The notes below the pieces were generated by a model. The model saw nothing but the letters and a program-made list of their open reading frames with translations. It was not told where the DNA came from and did no database searches. Below, in pieces: positions 54,585 to 63,469 of a stretch of 64,000 bases of DNA. How positions within the stretch are numbered: the stretch's first letter is position 1; every line of letters begins with the position of its first letter. The stretch comes from a virus, in IMG/VR virus record IMGVR_UViG_3300027749_000047, positions 1 to 64,000 of that record, one strand, 5' to 3'. The translations under genes and the position numbers were made by a program.

Positions 54585-55378
54585 AAGAAATTAGTGCTGA
54601 CCTTCATTCAATGATTGGTATGAATAGTGTCGCTAACGAAGTTGATAGTCTTGTTGCTACTGGTTTAATTAACCAAAAGCGTGAAGATGCTGGTTTGCCT
54701 GTTTCTCGTAATGCTAAGCATTTGGTGTTTGTTGGCGAGCCTGGTACTGGTAAAACTACGGTTGCTAAGAAATTGGCTAAGTTGTATAACGCTGCTGGTC
54801 TTTTGCCTAGTAGTAAGGTTGTTGAAACTGACCGTAGTAAGTTGGTTGGGCAGTATGGCAATAACATTTCTGATCGTGTGCGTCAAGAGTTTGAGAAGGC
54901 TCGTGGTGGTGTTTTGTTTGTTGATGAGGCTTACACTCTTGCGGATGACCAGTTTGGTAAAGAAGCTGCTACTCAGTTGATGAAAATGATGGAAGAGCAT
55001 AAAGACGATACCGTGGTTATTGTTGCTGGTTATCCGGGTGAAATGGATAAGTTTATGAGTCTTAATCCTGGCATGAAGTCGCGTTTCTCTAAAACAGTTA
55101 ATTTCCCTAATTATTCACATAAAGAACAAGTTCAAATTCTTGAGCAACGTATGGCTAAACATAAAGATGTTGTTGATAGTCCTAAGACCGCTAAGGCGCT
55201 AAATAATGCTGTTCGTGTTGCTACTGCTGAGGGTGGCAATGGTCGCGCTATGGAACGTCTACATGCTAAGTTGGAAGAAAGCCGTAATGTGCGTTTGAGT
55301 CGCATGCCTGATGTATCTGAGGAAGATTTGTCAGTATTTACTATTGATGATGTAAACTCGGCTATTGCTTCTAATTGA
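54437..55378 (+). CDS. AAA+ ATPase, CbbX/SpoVK/EccA family (probably translated as frameshift fusion)
   Basis: GEPGTGKT, VLFVDEAY, VIVAGY, NPGMKSRF, GNGR; no convincing RBS; frame open back to slippery site. Confidence 0.88.
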   Translation, partial: SGTPSGGISEKPAGVLVPTGASREEPLASPRGSGEARGGPTSGADPQKVEEISADLHSMIGMNSVANEVDSLVATGLINQKREDAGLPVSRNAKHLVFVGEPGTGKTTVAKKLAKLYNAAGLLPSSKVVETDRSKLVGQYGNNISDRVRQEFEKARGGVLFVDEAYTLADDQFGKEAATQLMKMMEEHKDDTVVIVAGYPGEMDKFMSLNPGMKSRFSKTVNFPNYSHKEQVQILEQRMAKHKDVVDSPKTAKALNNAVRVATAEGGNGRAMERLHAKLEESRNVRLSRMPDVSEEDLSVFTIDDVNSAIASN

Positions 55379-55390
55379 AAGTAGGGGATT

Positions 55391-57886
55391 GTGAATCGTT
55401 GGTGGGCCAGCCCAGAGACTTCTACAGTTGTTCTAAAATCTGTTGATGATTCTGATGTTATCAATGGCGTTGGTGTGGCTATTCTTGGCTATCACGGGCT
55501 CGCTATGGGCGTTTTACAGCCTTTAGTTACTCAGACACTAGTTGATACTTATACGGTGCGTAAGGCTTTGTCTGGGATTGATTTAGAGCCTATTGCTAAA
55601 GCGTTATCTGAGGCTACTAAACCAGTTATGGGTGAGGCTTCTGAACGTTATGGAAAGTTGCTTGCTGATGCTATTCATGAGAAAGCTACTGATTCTACTG
55701 AGCGTCTTTTACATACTTGGACTAATAATGGTATGCCGTGGCCTAATGCGATTGAAAGGGCTGCTGAAGTTCATGGCGTTCCTATTGAGCGTTTGGGTCG
55801 TTATGCCACTGTTATGAAAGGCGCTACGGTTAATCCTCATATTCGTGCTGATTATGCTGATCGTGAGCTTATGACTTACGCATCCGTTATAGGTAGCCGC
55901 GAGGCTTCTATTTCTCCTGAATTAATTTCTAAACAATCTAGTGAGTTTGAAGAGTTACATCCCCGGTCTGTTAATGGTCAATTTACTGATAAAGCTGAAG
56001 TTTTAGATTTACGCGCCAAATTAAATAAATTTAAAAAACTTAAGAATGCACGCGAAGTTGGGTCACAGATTAAGCGCGGTACTTTTGAATTTGCTAAACC
56101 ACAAACGTCTAATCAAAAGCATGTAAAAGTTCAACCTCAAGTTAAAACTATGGCTACTGAAACTACTGGCACTAATTTTCGTACTAACTTTAAAAAAACT
56201 CCTTTTAAAAAACCTAATTTTAAAATAGAGCCAAAACCTGAACATCCAACAGTTGCTACTTTGTTTGTTGAAGGCGATTTATACATCCCTGTTAATCAAG
56301 ATTTGCTTAAAGATTTTCAAAAGCAAGGTAATCAGTTTGTTGCTGGTGATGTGGTTGATTTGTCACCTGATCGTTTGCAAGGCGAATTGATGGCTTTGGG
56401 TAAAAATGGTTTTAGTGATTACATTGAAACGCGTGGTTTGAGAACTGTTATTGACGAAAAAACTGTGTTTTTGCGGTGTTCTTCTACTCCTGTTTATAAA
56501 AACCGCGCTGAAGTTTTAACTAATTCTTCTGGTTTTCCTCATGCTGATGATTTTGTGGAAAGTTTTGTTGTTCCTAAAGCGCATTTTAGGTTGGTTACTG
56601 GTAAACCAGAACCTCGTAGTTTGATGTCTTTAATTAATCAGGGTAAGTATAAACAATATGCGGCGTCTGATGATGATATGTTTGAAGACAAATTTGTTGT
56701 TGATTCTAGTGATTTTTTGATTTATGACATTCAGTTATTGAATGATGATCCTGAATTATGGGAAGAAGATATTAGTAAAAACTTGTCTGAGGATGAATTA
56801 CAGCATTTTAATGAAGAGCATCCTCGGTCTGTTAACGGTCAGTTTGCTGATAAAAATGTTTCTGATTTGAAAGCTAAGTTGGATAAGCGCAATAAGATGG
56901 CTCGTCAGCGTGAGATTGGCCAAAAGGCTAAACAGGGTAATTTTGAGTTTAAGCAGTCTAATCGTAGTAAAGTTGAGTCACGTCAGAAGGCTGAAGTTTT
57001 GCGTAATGAAAAAGCACAGGCTGCTACTAATTTTAAGCAAAGTTTTAGAAATAATTTTAAGTATGTTTATCGTCAAGAAACAGAATACCCTTTAGATTTT
57101 GCTAATCTTTATGGTGTTATTATTCCTAGCGGTCATAGGTCTAAAATGTATGATCAGTGGCCTCATTTTAGTGATACAGACACTTATGGCGTAAAAAATG
57201 GCAGTGAAGCAAAAGAAATGCCTTCTGGTAGTCTTAGTGATTCTCGAACAATTGCAAAAGTTTTTGACCAAACGTATGGAAGCATGATGCTTTTGAAAAA
57301 AGAAAACAGAGTAGCAGGTGATGTAGCGTTGTCGCCTGTAATCGGCAACATTATTACACATGCTGATTATCGTGAACCCGAAGAAACAATAAAAGCATTT
57401 AGAATTGAGCCTAATGGTATGAATAGCGGTGAACATTCTTTTAATACTTCTGCTGAAGCAAAGCATGCTGCTAGTACTTATATGGAAAAAATTGAGCCAT
57501 CTAATGCTAATTTAGTTTGGCAACCTGAAGCGCGTTTTAATGAAGATGGCGGTTTTGATGCTATTTTGGCTGGTTATGAGCCTGAAGAAAAGTATCAAAT
57601 TATTATTGGTTCTTTTTCTGACATGCATGACACAAATGTATTTATGAATAAATTAAATAAACTTAAATTAGATAATGAACAATTTGAGCATTATTTGTCT
57701 AAGAATGTTGAGATAGTTCCATATACTGAAAATGATGTTGAAAATCTTAGGGATTTGCTAGCGTACGGCGATAGTGATGAATTAATTGATGAATTTAACG
57801 GTGCATCTAGGGATAAGGTCACAAATCCGCCTATTGAGTTGTATCAAATTAAGTTTAAAGGCAAGCGTGGAGAAAGCATTGTGTAA
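55391..57886 (+). CDS. Putative minor head protein (degenerate MuF-like N-terminus) with two duplicated HPR modules
   Basis: 831 aa; HPRSVNGQF twice (55958, 56819), each after an ISK motif. Confidence 0.6.
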   Translation: MNRWWASPETSTVVLKSVDDSDVINGVGVAILGYHGLAMGVLQPLVTQTLVDTYTVRKALSGIDLEPIAKALSEATKPVMGEASERYGKLLADAIHEKATDSTERLLHTWTNNGMPWPNAIERAAEVHGVPIERLGRYATVMKGATVNPHIRADYADRELMTYASVIGSREASISPELISKQSSEFEELHPRSVNGQFTDKAEVLDLRAKLNKFKKLKNAREVGSQIKRGTFEFAKPQTSNQKHVKVQPQVKTMATETTGTNFRTNFKKTPFKKPNFKIEPKPEHPTVATLFVEGDLYIPVNQDLLKDFQKQGNQFVAGDVVDLSPDRLQGELMALGKNGFSDYIETRGLRTVIDEKTVFLRCSSTPVYKNRAEVLTNSSGFPHADDFVESFVVPKAHFRLVTGKPEPRSLMSLINQGKYKQYAASDDDMFEDKFVVDSSDFLIYDIQLLNDDPELWEEDISKNLSEDELQHFNEEHPRSVNGQFADKNVSDLKAKLDKRNKMARQREIGQKAKQGNFEFKQSNRSKVESRQKAEVLRNEKAQAATNFKQSFRNNFKYVYRQETEYPLDFANLYGVIIPSGHRSKMYDQWPHFSDTDTYGVKNGSEAKEMPSGSLSDSRTIAKVFDQTYGSMMLLKKENRVAGDVALSPVIGNIITHADYREPEETIKAFRIEPNGMNSGEHSFNTSAEAKHAASTYMEKIEPSNANLVWQPEARFNEDGGFDAILAGYEPEEKYQIIIGSFSDMHDTNVFMNKLNKLKLDNEQFEHYLSKNVEIVPYTENDVENLRDLLAYGDSDELIDEFNGASRDKVTNPPIELYQIKFKGKRGESIV

Positions 57887-57921
57887 GATAAGATTGACCG
57901 TAATAAGAATTTGGAGAATCA

Positions 57922-58635
57922 ATGGATTCGTTAGAGATTGTTAAGTCGCTTCATAAGGTTGACCCAGGCTTTGTTGACTTGTGTAAAACACTATTTGGCG
58001 ATGCTATTTACCCTGAGGTTATTTGGGAATATTTGTATACCCCTGAGGGTATTTCTAAGATGGGTCCTGATCCGTCAGAGTTGAATACTTCTTCTAGCAA
58101 TAAGCGTGGTCGTTTGGTTCCACAAGAGCGTAATCCTCAGGTTCCTCGAGTTAAGGTACTGGCTAAGCATTCTCATAAAGGCGAACAAGTCGATAATACT
58201 GATGCTATGAGTAAGTCTGATGATGATTTTGACATTACTTGGTCTGGTGAGTTTGCTAAAGCTGATGAGGATAAGCGTCAGGTTTTTGGCTGGGCTTCTA
58301 TTGTTGAGGTTGATGGCACTCCGGTTGTTGATCGTCAGGGTGATTGGATTACTCCTGAAGAGATTGAAAAGGCTGCTTATCAGTATGTTTTGAATTCTCG
58401 TAAAGCTGGGCATCAGCATAAGCGTGATGGTGATCAGCCTTTTCATGCAGGTGACATGATTGAGTCTTTTGTTATGACTCCTGAAAAGGTTGAAAAGATG
58501 GGTCTTCCTGACGATACGCCTATTGGCTGGTGGGTTGGTTACAAGATTCATGATGAGGATGCTTGGCAGAAGGTTAAGAAAGGCGAAGTTACTGGCTTTT
58601 CTATTCATGGTCGCGGTAAGCGCAAAGAAGTCTAG
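57922..58635 (+). CDS. Prohead serine protease, XkdF-like
   Basis: RQVFGWAS...DRQGD.I..EEIEKAAY...GHQH...IESF...WWVGYKI.DEDAW.KVKKGE.TGFSIHG. Confidence 0.88.
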   Translation: MDSLEIVKSLHKVDPGFVDLCKTLFGDAIYPEVIWEYLYTPEGISKMGPDPSELNTSSSNKRGRLVPQERNPQVPRVKVLAKHSHKGEQVDNTDAMSKSDDDFDITWSGEFAKADEDKRQVFGWASIVEVDGTPVVDRQGDWITPEEIEKAAYQYVLNSRKAGHQHKRDGDQPFHAGDMIESFVMTPEKVEKMGLPDDTPIGWWVGYKIHDEDAWQKVKKGEVTGFSIHGRGKRKEV

Positions 58636-58637
58636 TT

Positions 58638-58937
58638 ATGTCAATTAGCAAAGCACTTGTTGAAGGTAATATTTCTAAGGGCTCTAATGTTCGAGAGTTT
58701 CCTTATCTTCCTGAAAACATTAGGGAATGGCAAAATAGCGCTGCTCCTATTCGCCGTAATCCTGTTTCACCTTTGTCTATGATTGCGGCTAGTAATGTGA
58801 TGGCTTTGGGTAATAATTTGGGTAACCAGTCTGGTATGTCTAAGCGCCAGTTGCGTCGTCTTGCTCGCGGTTTGAATCTTTATGAAGGTGGTCGCGCTAA
58901 TGTGTATTCGCCTATTGGTCAGGGGACGATGGTTTAA
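58638..58937 (+). CDS. Hypothetical head-region protein
   Basis: 99 aa; ISKA and ISKG motifs. Confidence 0.6.
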   Translation: MSISKALVEGNISKGSNVREFPYLPENIREWQNSAAPIRRNPVSPLSMIAASNVMALGNNLGNQSGMSKRQLRRLARGLNLYEGGRANVYSPIGQGTMV

Positions 58938-60733
58938 TGGCTACTGATCAACCTAAGGGTCATGCTCAAGAGTTGGGTGTAGGTCTTGTAGGAGCTACTG
59001 CTGCTGAAGCTGCTGCGGTTTCTGAGTCTGCTAAAAAGTATCGCAATTTGAAGGCTAAAGGTTTTCATGTTGCGCCTGAGGAAATGGGCGCTATCGCGCG
59101 TAGAATTGGTCCTAAGAATGCAGCTATTGCGGGTCTTGGTTTACAAGGCACAAATATGGTTGTGGGTGCGAGTGCTGCGCATCATTTGTTGAAGAAACCT
59201 AAAGGAAGTGCTATGAAATCTGGTCAGACTGCTATTCATAAGGCAGAGGGTGCTGTAAGCCGTAATGGTCATGGTAAAAAAATGGACAGTAAGTTGCCTG
59301 CTGCTATGGCTACATCTGGCGGGGTTTATGGCGCTGCTATGGGTGGTTATTTTGGGCATGCTTTTGGTGATCGCGGTTTAGAAAATGCTTATGAAGCATA
59401 CGGACTTCGCGAAGCACGCGCAGAAAAACCTAAACGCGATGGCGTAAAAGGTTTAACTAAAACTAGTCGTGAGTATAAAAAAATGATGCGTGCAAATGGT
59501 TTAATGGCTCAGCCAAAGTCTTTAGCGCAACATGGTAAAGATGCTAAACATTTTGCTGGTAAAAATAAATGGGCTATTGCTGGGGCAACAGGTCTTGGTA
59601 CCGTGTCTGCTTTAGGCTCTTATGCTGAGGGTAAAAAAGCGGTTAATAAAGCTGACCGTGGTAAGGCTTTGGACGCTACTGGTGCGGTTGCCGCTGGTGT
59701 TGGCGGTGCAGGTTTGTATCAAGCTGGAAAAATGAATACTAAGGCTAAGCGTGCTACTGCGTCTGCTGAAAAATATGGCGAAAGATTTCTTGATTACAAA
59801 AATCAAGAATCAAAAAAATTAAGGGATGCAGCAAAACAATACAATAAATCGGTGGCTAATGGTGTAATTAAACCTAGCATACACCACACTGCTGCTGGCT
59901 CTGTTGGATTTGTTCATGACCCAGAAACTTTAAGACACATGGGTTGGGCACAATCTCACGCCGAGCAAGCAAGCCGTGAGTATGACAAGTCTAAAAAAAT
60001 GGAGGGTATTGCTCAGAAACTTAAGTCAGGGCGTAACAAGTACGCTCTTGGTGGCGCTGCTTTAATTGGAGCTGCTGGAGCTGAACGCGTTTACAACAAC
60101 AAAAAAGTTAATAAAGCTGTTGGCGCTAATTCTTTAGTTATGATTCAAAATCGTAAAAATAAAAAGAAGTTAGAAGCTGCGGGAACTCCAGTTGAAAAAT
60201 CCAAAGCTGCTGAAAGAAGAGAACATAAAACTAATGCTGCTATAGCAGGTGTAGGTGGATCTGCTCTTTTATATAACGCTGCTAATAAAACTTCTGCTAG
60301 CAAAACTGCATCGTCTTTGGGCTCAGATTATTATGCAAAAAAAATTGCTCGTGGGCGTAATTTAGGTGTTGCAGCTGGCAGTGGTTTTTTGGCAATTGCT
60401 GCTAATGAGGCTAATAAAGCACATAAATTAAAAACTCCAGTTAAAAAAGCTTATCGTCGTTTTGATCCTGAGGCTGACCGTCAACGTCGTCTAGGTCTTT
60501 ATTCGGGCGCCGCTGCGGGTTCTGGTATTGTGTTGGGCCGTGAAGCTGCACGTAATTATAAAGTTAGTGGTTTGGATTCTGCTAGTCGTGCAGAACATGG
60601 TTTGGGTGTCAAACTTAAGCCTGGTCTGACTAAGCGCGGGTTAGGCCTTACTGCTGCCACATTGGCTGCTGGTGCTATTAGTGCTGGTTCGTACAAGCGT
60701 GGGGTTAGTGCTCGTAATCAGCCTTGGACATAA
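58937..60733 (+). CDS. Basic Gly/Ala-rich putative head protein
   Basis: 598 aa; IHKA, VNKA (twice), VEKS, VKKA motifs between G/A-rich segments. Confidence 0.62.
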   Translation: MATDQPKGHAQELGVGLVGATAAEAAAVSESAKKYRNLKAKGFHVAPEEMGAIARRIGPKNAAIAGLGLQGTNMVVGASAAHHLLKKPKGSAMKSGQTAIHKAEGAVSRNGHGKKMDSKLPAAMATSGGVYGAAMGGYFGHAFGDRGLENAYEAYGLREARAEKPKRDGVKGLTKTSREYKKMMRANGLMAQPKSLAQHGKDAKHFAGKNKWAIAGATGLGTVSALGSYAEGKKAVNKADRGKALDATGAVAAGVGGAGLYQAGKMNTKAKRATASAEKYGERFLDYKNQESKKLRDAAKQYNKSVANGVIKPSIHHTAAGSVGFVHDPETLRHMGWAQSHAEQASREYDKSKKMEGIAQKLKSGRNKYALGGAALIGAAGAERVYNNKKVNKAVGANSLVMIQNRKNKKKLEAAGTPVEKSKAAERREHKTNAAIAGVGGSALLYNAANKTSASKTASSLGSDYYAKKIARGRNLGVAAGSGFLAIAANEANKAHKLKTPVKKAYRRFDPEADRQRRLGLYSGAAAGSGIVLGREAARNYKVSGLDSASRAEHGLGVKLKPGLTKRGLGLTAATLAAGAISAGSYKRGVSARNQPWT

Positions 60734-60786
60734 AAATGCTTAAGTCTAATGCGAGCAGTCAAAAACTGTAAGAAGATTGGAATACT

Positions 60787-61788
60787 ATGAATCAAAATGT
60801 GAAGCGTCTTTTTGACATTGAGATAGATGAAGTCTCTGTCGTTGACCGCCCTGCTAATCAGCATGGTCTTATTGCGTTTGCTAAAAACGATGACAGCGTT
60901 GATGAAACTCCTGCTTTGTTTGATGAAACTGGCGAAGAAGTACCTGCCGAAATTCTTGAGCATGGTGATGTTGTTTTTGATGCTGAAGGCAACGAGTATG
61001 TTTACGTCGAGGATGAAGTTGACTCTGATGACGATGTTGAAAAAGGTATGTTCACCGGATTTGCAGAAAAATTTGCTGCATCTAAGGCTGGACAAAAGGT
61101 ACTTCCACACCTTGTAAACGGTGCGGAAAAAGCTGGCACTAGTTACCGTGGTGCTATGACTTCTGAAGCTGGTCAGTCTCTTGCTCGTGGCACGAAAAGG
61201 ACGACTGGTTGGATGAAAGAAAATCCGGGCAAAAGTCTTGCCTTAGCTGCTACCGGCGGTGGCGCTGCTGGATACGCCTTATCAAAGGCAGAAATGAGTG
61301 ATCATATGAGTCTAGGTGACTCGGTTCTTGAAGAACTAAGTAAGGCGGTCACCGAGCGTGATCGCGAAGAAATCATTGCTAAAGCAATGGATGAAGTTGA
61401 AATCGCAAAGGCTCAAGCTGCTGAAGCATACGAATATGCTGCTGCAATCGAAGATGCCCGTATCGAAGATGCTTTCATCTCTAAAGCAGCGGAATACAAT
61501 CTTCCTGTTGCACCAGAAGTATTCGGCCCTATTTTGAAGTCAATTGCTGAGGCTTTGACTGATGAAGAGCTAGAACTTGTTGATGAACTTTTCTCCGCTA
61601 TCGGTGATGCGTTGTACAACGAAATCGGCTATGTTGGAGATACAGACAATGTTTCTGTTCTTGACACAGTTAATGGTCTTGCTAGTGAATTTGTTGGTAA
61701 GGCTGATGTGTCTTACGAGCAGGCGTTTACTGCAATGTTTGAATCAAACCCAAGCGCATATGACGCTTACTTAGCAGAAGGACGATAA
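60787..61788 (+). CDS. Scaffold protein with N-terminal protease-like EVSxVDxPAN segment
   Basis: LFDIEIDEVSVVDRPANQ; acidic helical C-terminus ending YDAYLAEGR; immediately upstream of decoration and capsid genes. Confidence 0.72.
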   Translation: MNQNVKRLFDIEIDEVSVVDRPANQHGLIAFAKNDDSVDETPALFDETGEEVPAEILEHGDVVFDAEGNEYVYVEDEVDSDDDVEKGMFTGFAEKFAASKAGQKVLPHLVNGAEKAGTSYRGAMTSEAGQSLARGTKRTTGWMKENPGKSLALAATGGGAAGYALSKAEMSDHMSLGDSVLEELSKAVTERDREEIIAKAMDEVEIAKAQAAEAYEYAAAIEDARIEDAFISKAAEYNLPVAPEVFGPILKSIAEALTDEELELVDELFSAIGDALYNEIGYVGDTDNVSVLDTVNGLASEFVGKADVSYEQAFTAMFESNPSAYDAYLAEGR

Positions 61789-61791
61789 GTC

Positions 61792-62442
61792 ATGGCTTAC
61801 GAAGAGTCCCTTAAATCCATTTCCCTCGCGGCTGATGCTTCGATTGCTGGTTACACCGGTGTATCTAACGTTGGTCTTGGTGGATTCCCATCTAGCAAGT
61901 CTTTGACTGCTACTATTTCTTACGCATCGTCAGTGAACACTTTCACCACTCCGACACCTCATGGTTTTTCTTTTGGTGACACGATTGTTGTTACTGGTGC
62001 TACTGCTGCAGCAAATAATGGCACTTTCACTATTACAGGTATTGCTTCGGCAACTACTTTTACTGTTGCTAACGCTGCCCCTGGTGTTACGCAGTCTGGT
62101 GCAGGTATCACTGTAACTCGTAACATCAGCACTGCTGGCTTCCAGTACCGCTTTGTTAAGATTACTGGTTCTAAGACTGCTGGTCTTTGTACTGCTTCAT
62201 CTGATTACAGCATTGGTGTTCTTCAGAACAAGCCACAGGTTACTGGCGCTGCTGCTCAGGTTGGCTTCATCGGTGTCTCGTTTGTTGTTTCAGGCGATGC
62301 TTCAATCACTGCAGGTACAAAAGTAACTGCAGATTCACTCGGTCGTGCAACAACATACTCTAGTGGTGTGGTTGGCGGTGTAGCTCTTGCTGCTTCTTCA
62401 ACTGTTGGCGAACTTATCCCCGTGCTTCTGGCCGCACGATAG
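61792..62442 (+). CDS. Capsid decoration/cement protein with inserted beta module
   Basis: YRFVKITG...IGVLQNKP...AQV...GVS.V.. GTKVTADSLGRA pattern. Confidence 0.75.
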   Translation: MAYEESLKSISLAADASIAGYTGVSNVGLGGFPSSKSLTATISYASSVNTFTTPTPHGFSFGDTIVVTGATAAANNGTFTITGIASATTFTVANAAPGVTQSGAGITVTRNISTAGFQYRFVKITGSKTAGLCTASSDYSIGVLQNKPQVTGAAAQVGFIGVSFVVSGDASITAGTKVTADSLGRATTYSSGVVGGVALAASSTVGELIPVLLAAR

Positions 62443-62459
62443 AAATAGGAGACTAACTC

Positions 62460-63467
62460 ATGCCAAGTCCATCCCAGTCCGATCTGCATGTAAATGTGCC
62501 GTTGACCAATGTGTCGATTGCCTACATGCAGTCTGCAGATGCATACATTGCTGACAAGGTATTTCCTAAAGTACCGGTCAAAAAGCAATCAGACCTTTAT
62601 TGGAAGTACAGCAAGAGCGATTGGCGTCGTACTGACGTTGCTCGCCGTGCGCCTTCTACAGAGTCTCCAGGCGTTGGTTGGAACACAACCACCGACCAGT
62701 ACTTTGCTCACGTCTACGCCGTGCACAAGGACATTGACGATCAGTTACGCGCCAATGCTGATAGCAACTTCGTACTAGACCGTGACAGCACCGAATTCAT
62801 CACAAACCAACTTTTGTTGAAGCGTGACGTTGACTGGGCTGCTAAGTACTTCACCACTGGTATTTGGGACAATGACCTTACTGTTGGTGCTTCTGCTAAC
62901 GCTAATGGTTTCACTGCTCCTGCCGCTAAGTGGTCAGATGCTGGCTCAGACCCAATTGGCGACGTTGCTCGTGCGGTTATTTCTTTCCGCAAGAACACCG
63001 GTTTTGCTCCAAACATCATGGTTCTTGGTGCCGATGTTATGACTGCCCTAAAGCAGCATCCAGATATCATTGACCGTATCAAGTACACTCAGCGCGGTAT
63101 CGTGACTGAAGACTTGATTGCTACAATGTTTGGCGTTAACGAACTGTACACATCGTACGCTTCACAGTCAACTGGTCCACAGATTCCAGATGCTAAGACT
63201 CAGGATGCTGCTGCTTCATACAGCTTCATCAATGATTCTAAGTCTGCTCTGTTGTGCTACGCGCCTTCAGCACCTAGCTTGATGACTCCATCAGCTGGTT
63301 ACACCTTCACTTGGAATGGCTACCTTGGTGGTAATTCTGAAGGTATCAAGATCAAGCGTTTCCGTATGGAACACATTGCATCAGATCGTATCGAAGCAGA
63401 AATGACTTACGATATGAAGACTGTTGCTACTGACCTTGGTGCATTCTTCACAAGCGTGGTTGCATAA
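62460..63467 (+). CDS. Major capsid protein
   Basis: HVNVPLTNVSIAY...IAD.VFP.VPV.KQSD.Y...DPIGD...PNIMVLG...L..HPDIIDRIKY. Confidence 0.93.
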   Translation: MPSPSQSDLHVNVPLTNVSIAYMQSADAYIADKVFPKVPVKKQSDLYWKYSKSDWRRTDVARRAPSTESPGVGWNTTTDQYFAHVYAVHKDIDDQLRANADSNFVLDRDSTEFITNQLLLKRDVDWAAKYFTTGIWDNDLTVGASANANGFTAPAAKWSDAGSDPIGDVARAVISFRKNTGFAPNIMVLGADVMTALKQHPDIIDRIKYTQRGIVTEDLIATMFGVNELYTSYASQSTGPQIPDAKTQDAAASYSFINDSKSALLCYAPSAPSLMTPSAGYTFTWNGYLGGNSEGIKIKRFRMEHIASDRIEAEMTYDMKTVATDLGAFFTSVVA

Positions 63468-63469
63468 TC

